64,000 nt of DNA, from positions 69,832 to 133,831 of the forward strand of contig RQSC01000025.1 in NCBI GenBank assembly GCA_013416795.1. Reading direction: 5' to 3'. This stretch comes from Prasinococcaceae sp. CCMP 1430. Taxonomy: Eukaryota > Plantae > Prasinodermophyta. How positions within the stretch are numbered: the stretch's first letter is position 1; every line of letters starts with the position of its first letter. The position numbers and the translations under genes are program-made. Under the pieces are notes generated by a model. That model was given only the letters and a program-made list of their open reading frames with translations. It made no database searches and was not told where the DNA came from. Shown here in pieces: positions 63,091 through 64,000 of the stretch.

Positions 63091-64000
63091 GTAACTGCCG
63101 GCGCGGCGATCGCGCCCGGCGGCGCCGACGCCGACGCCAGCGGCCCCGACCGGCGCCGGCGGCGGGCCCGAGCTCCTCGAGACGGGGACGGGACGCGAAA
63201 ACGCGCTCGTCGACGGAGGCGGAGGGCGCGCAGGGCGAGGCGGCGCGCCACCGGTCGCCCAACCAGCAGCAGCCCGACCAGCAGCGATCGCGCGCTCTCA
63301 CCACCACCACCAAAACCACCACCAAAACCACCACCAAAACCACCAAAACCACGGAAGGAGAAGCATGGACGCCCCTCCTGCCCCGCCGCGAGCTCGACCT
63401 CGAGCGCACGCTCACGTCGGGCCAGAGCTTCCGCTTCGCGGGCGAGGACGGCAAGTCCGGCCGCGGCGCGGCCTCCTTCCGCTCGGCGCTCGCGACGCGC
63501 GACGTGGTCGAGCTCGCGTACGCGCCCGGCGGCGGGCCCGGCGGCGAGCCGTGGGCCGCCTTCCGGTGCCTCGCGGGCGACGCGGCGCGCGCCGAGGCGG
63601 AGCTGCACCGCCTGCTGCAGTCGCACGTCGCCCTGGAGCCCCTCGAGCTGGCGTTCAGCGCGGCGGACGCGCGCTACGCCTCGCAGCGCCGGCGGCTCGG
63701 CGGGCGCGTGGGCGTGCGCACGCTCGCCGTGGAGCCCTTCGAGGCGCTCGTGTCGTTCGTGCTCTCCAGCGTCAACAACATCCCGCGCATCTCGCAGCTC
63801 GTGGAGAGGCTCGCCGCGCAGTTCGAGGGGAACCTGCTGCTGCGCGCCGAGGGCCGCTCGTTCTACGCCTTCCCCTCGCCCGAGCAGCTGGCGACGCTCC
63901 CGGAGCCGCGCCTGCGCGAGCTCGGCCTGGGCTTCCGCGCGCCGTACGTGCGCGCGGCGGCGCGCCGCTGCGCCGCCGAGCCCGGCTGGCTGGACGCGCT
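63084..64000 (+). CDS. OGG1: 8-oxoguanine DNA glycosylase OGG1 (3' truncated by window edge)
   Basis: Not in the ORF track because it runs off the window. The open frame from ATG 63084 reads ..WTPLLPRRELDLERTLTSGQSFRF..EPFEALVSFVLSSVNNIPRISQLVERL..FYAFPSPEQLA..LRELGLGFRAPYV (OGG1 N-domain and pre-HhH motifs). Confidence 0.88.
   Translation, partial: MVCNCRRGDRARRRRRRRQRPRPAPAAGPSSSRRGRDAKTRSSTEAEGAQGEAARHRSPNQQQPDQQRSRALTTTTKTTTKTTTKTTKTTEGEAWTPLLPRRELDLERTLTSGQSFRFAGEDGKSGRGAASFRSALATRDVVELAYAPGGGPGGEPWAAFRCLAGDAARAEAELHRLLQSHVALEPLELAFSAADARYASQRRRLGGRVGVRTLAVEPFEALVSFVLSSVNNIPRISQLVERLAAQFEGNLLLRAEGRSFYAFPSPEQLATLPEPRLRELGLGFRAPYVRAAARRCAAEPGWLDA

Overview
Eukaryotic nuclear DNA from a very GC-rich, gene-dense genome, most likely a green alga of prasinophyte grade. 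This is inferred from plant-type PRT1, DRT102-like, plastid-type DnaJ and organellar gyrA genes, short GTGCGY..GCTGAC..YAG introns and compact intergenic regions. About 27 protein-coding genes are supported: CDT2/DTL, allantoinase, glucosidase II beta, a sulfotransferase, PRT1, an FNR-like oxidoreductase, ECO1/CTF7, purH, a DPP-IV-like peptidase, an orphan 2-TM protein, MiaB/CDK5RAP1, NELF-B, DnaJ, OXA1, eIF2B-alpha, homomeric ACC, a giant subtilase, RpiB/DRT102-like, an ABCB half transporter, a WD40-repeat gene, gyrA, ABCF, DHS, an ankyrin gene, NIPA, mitochondrial-type uL3 and a partial OGG1. The best hidden feature is a tRNA-Val(CAC) gene on the minus strand (61061-60890). It is cut into four exons of 10, 9, 25 and 30 nt by three hairpin introns, each in bulge-helix-bulge register at a non-canonical position. 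Other highlights are (i) a clear NELF-B homolog in a green-lineage genome, (ii) two unrelated high-identity repeat genes (WD40 and ankyrin) that share a conserved ~70-bp upstream element, (iii) a recurrent TACCATC-N(0-2)-GATGGTA palindrome upstream of genes, and (iv) a 147-bp duplication of the uL3 3' end with a spacer copied from inside the gene. Three N gaps and several missing first exons suggest assembly problems in GC-rich 5' ends. All alignments were done by eye from recalled family sequences; no searches were run.
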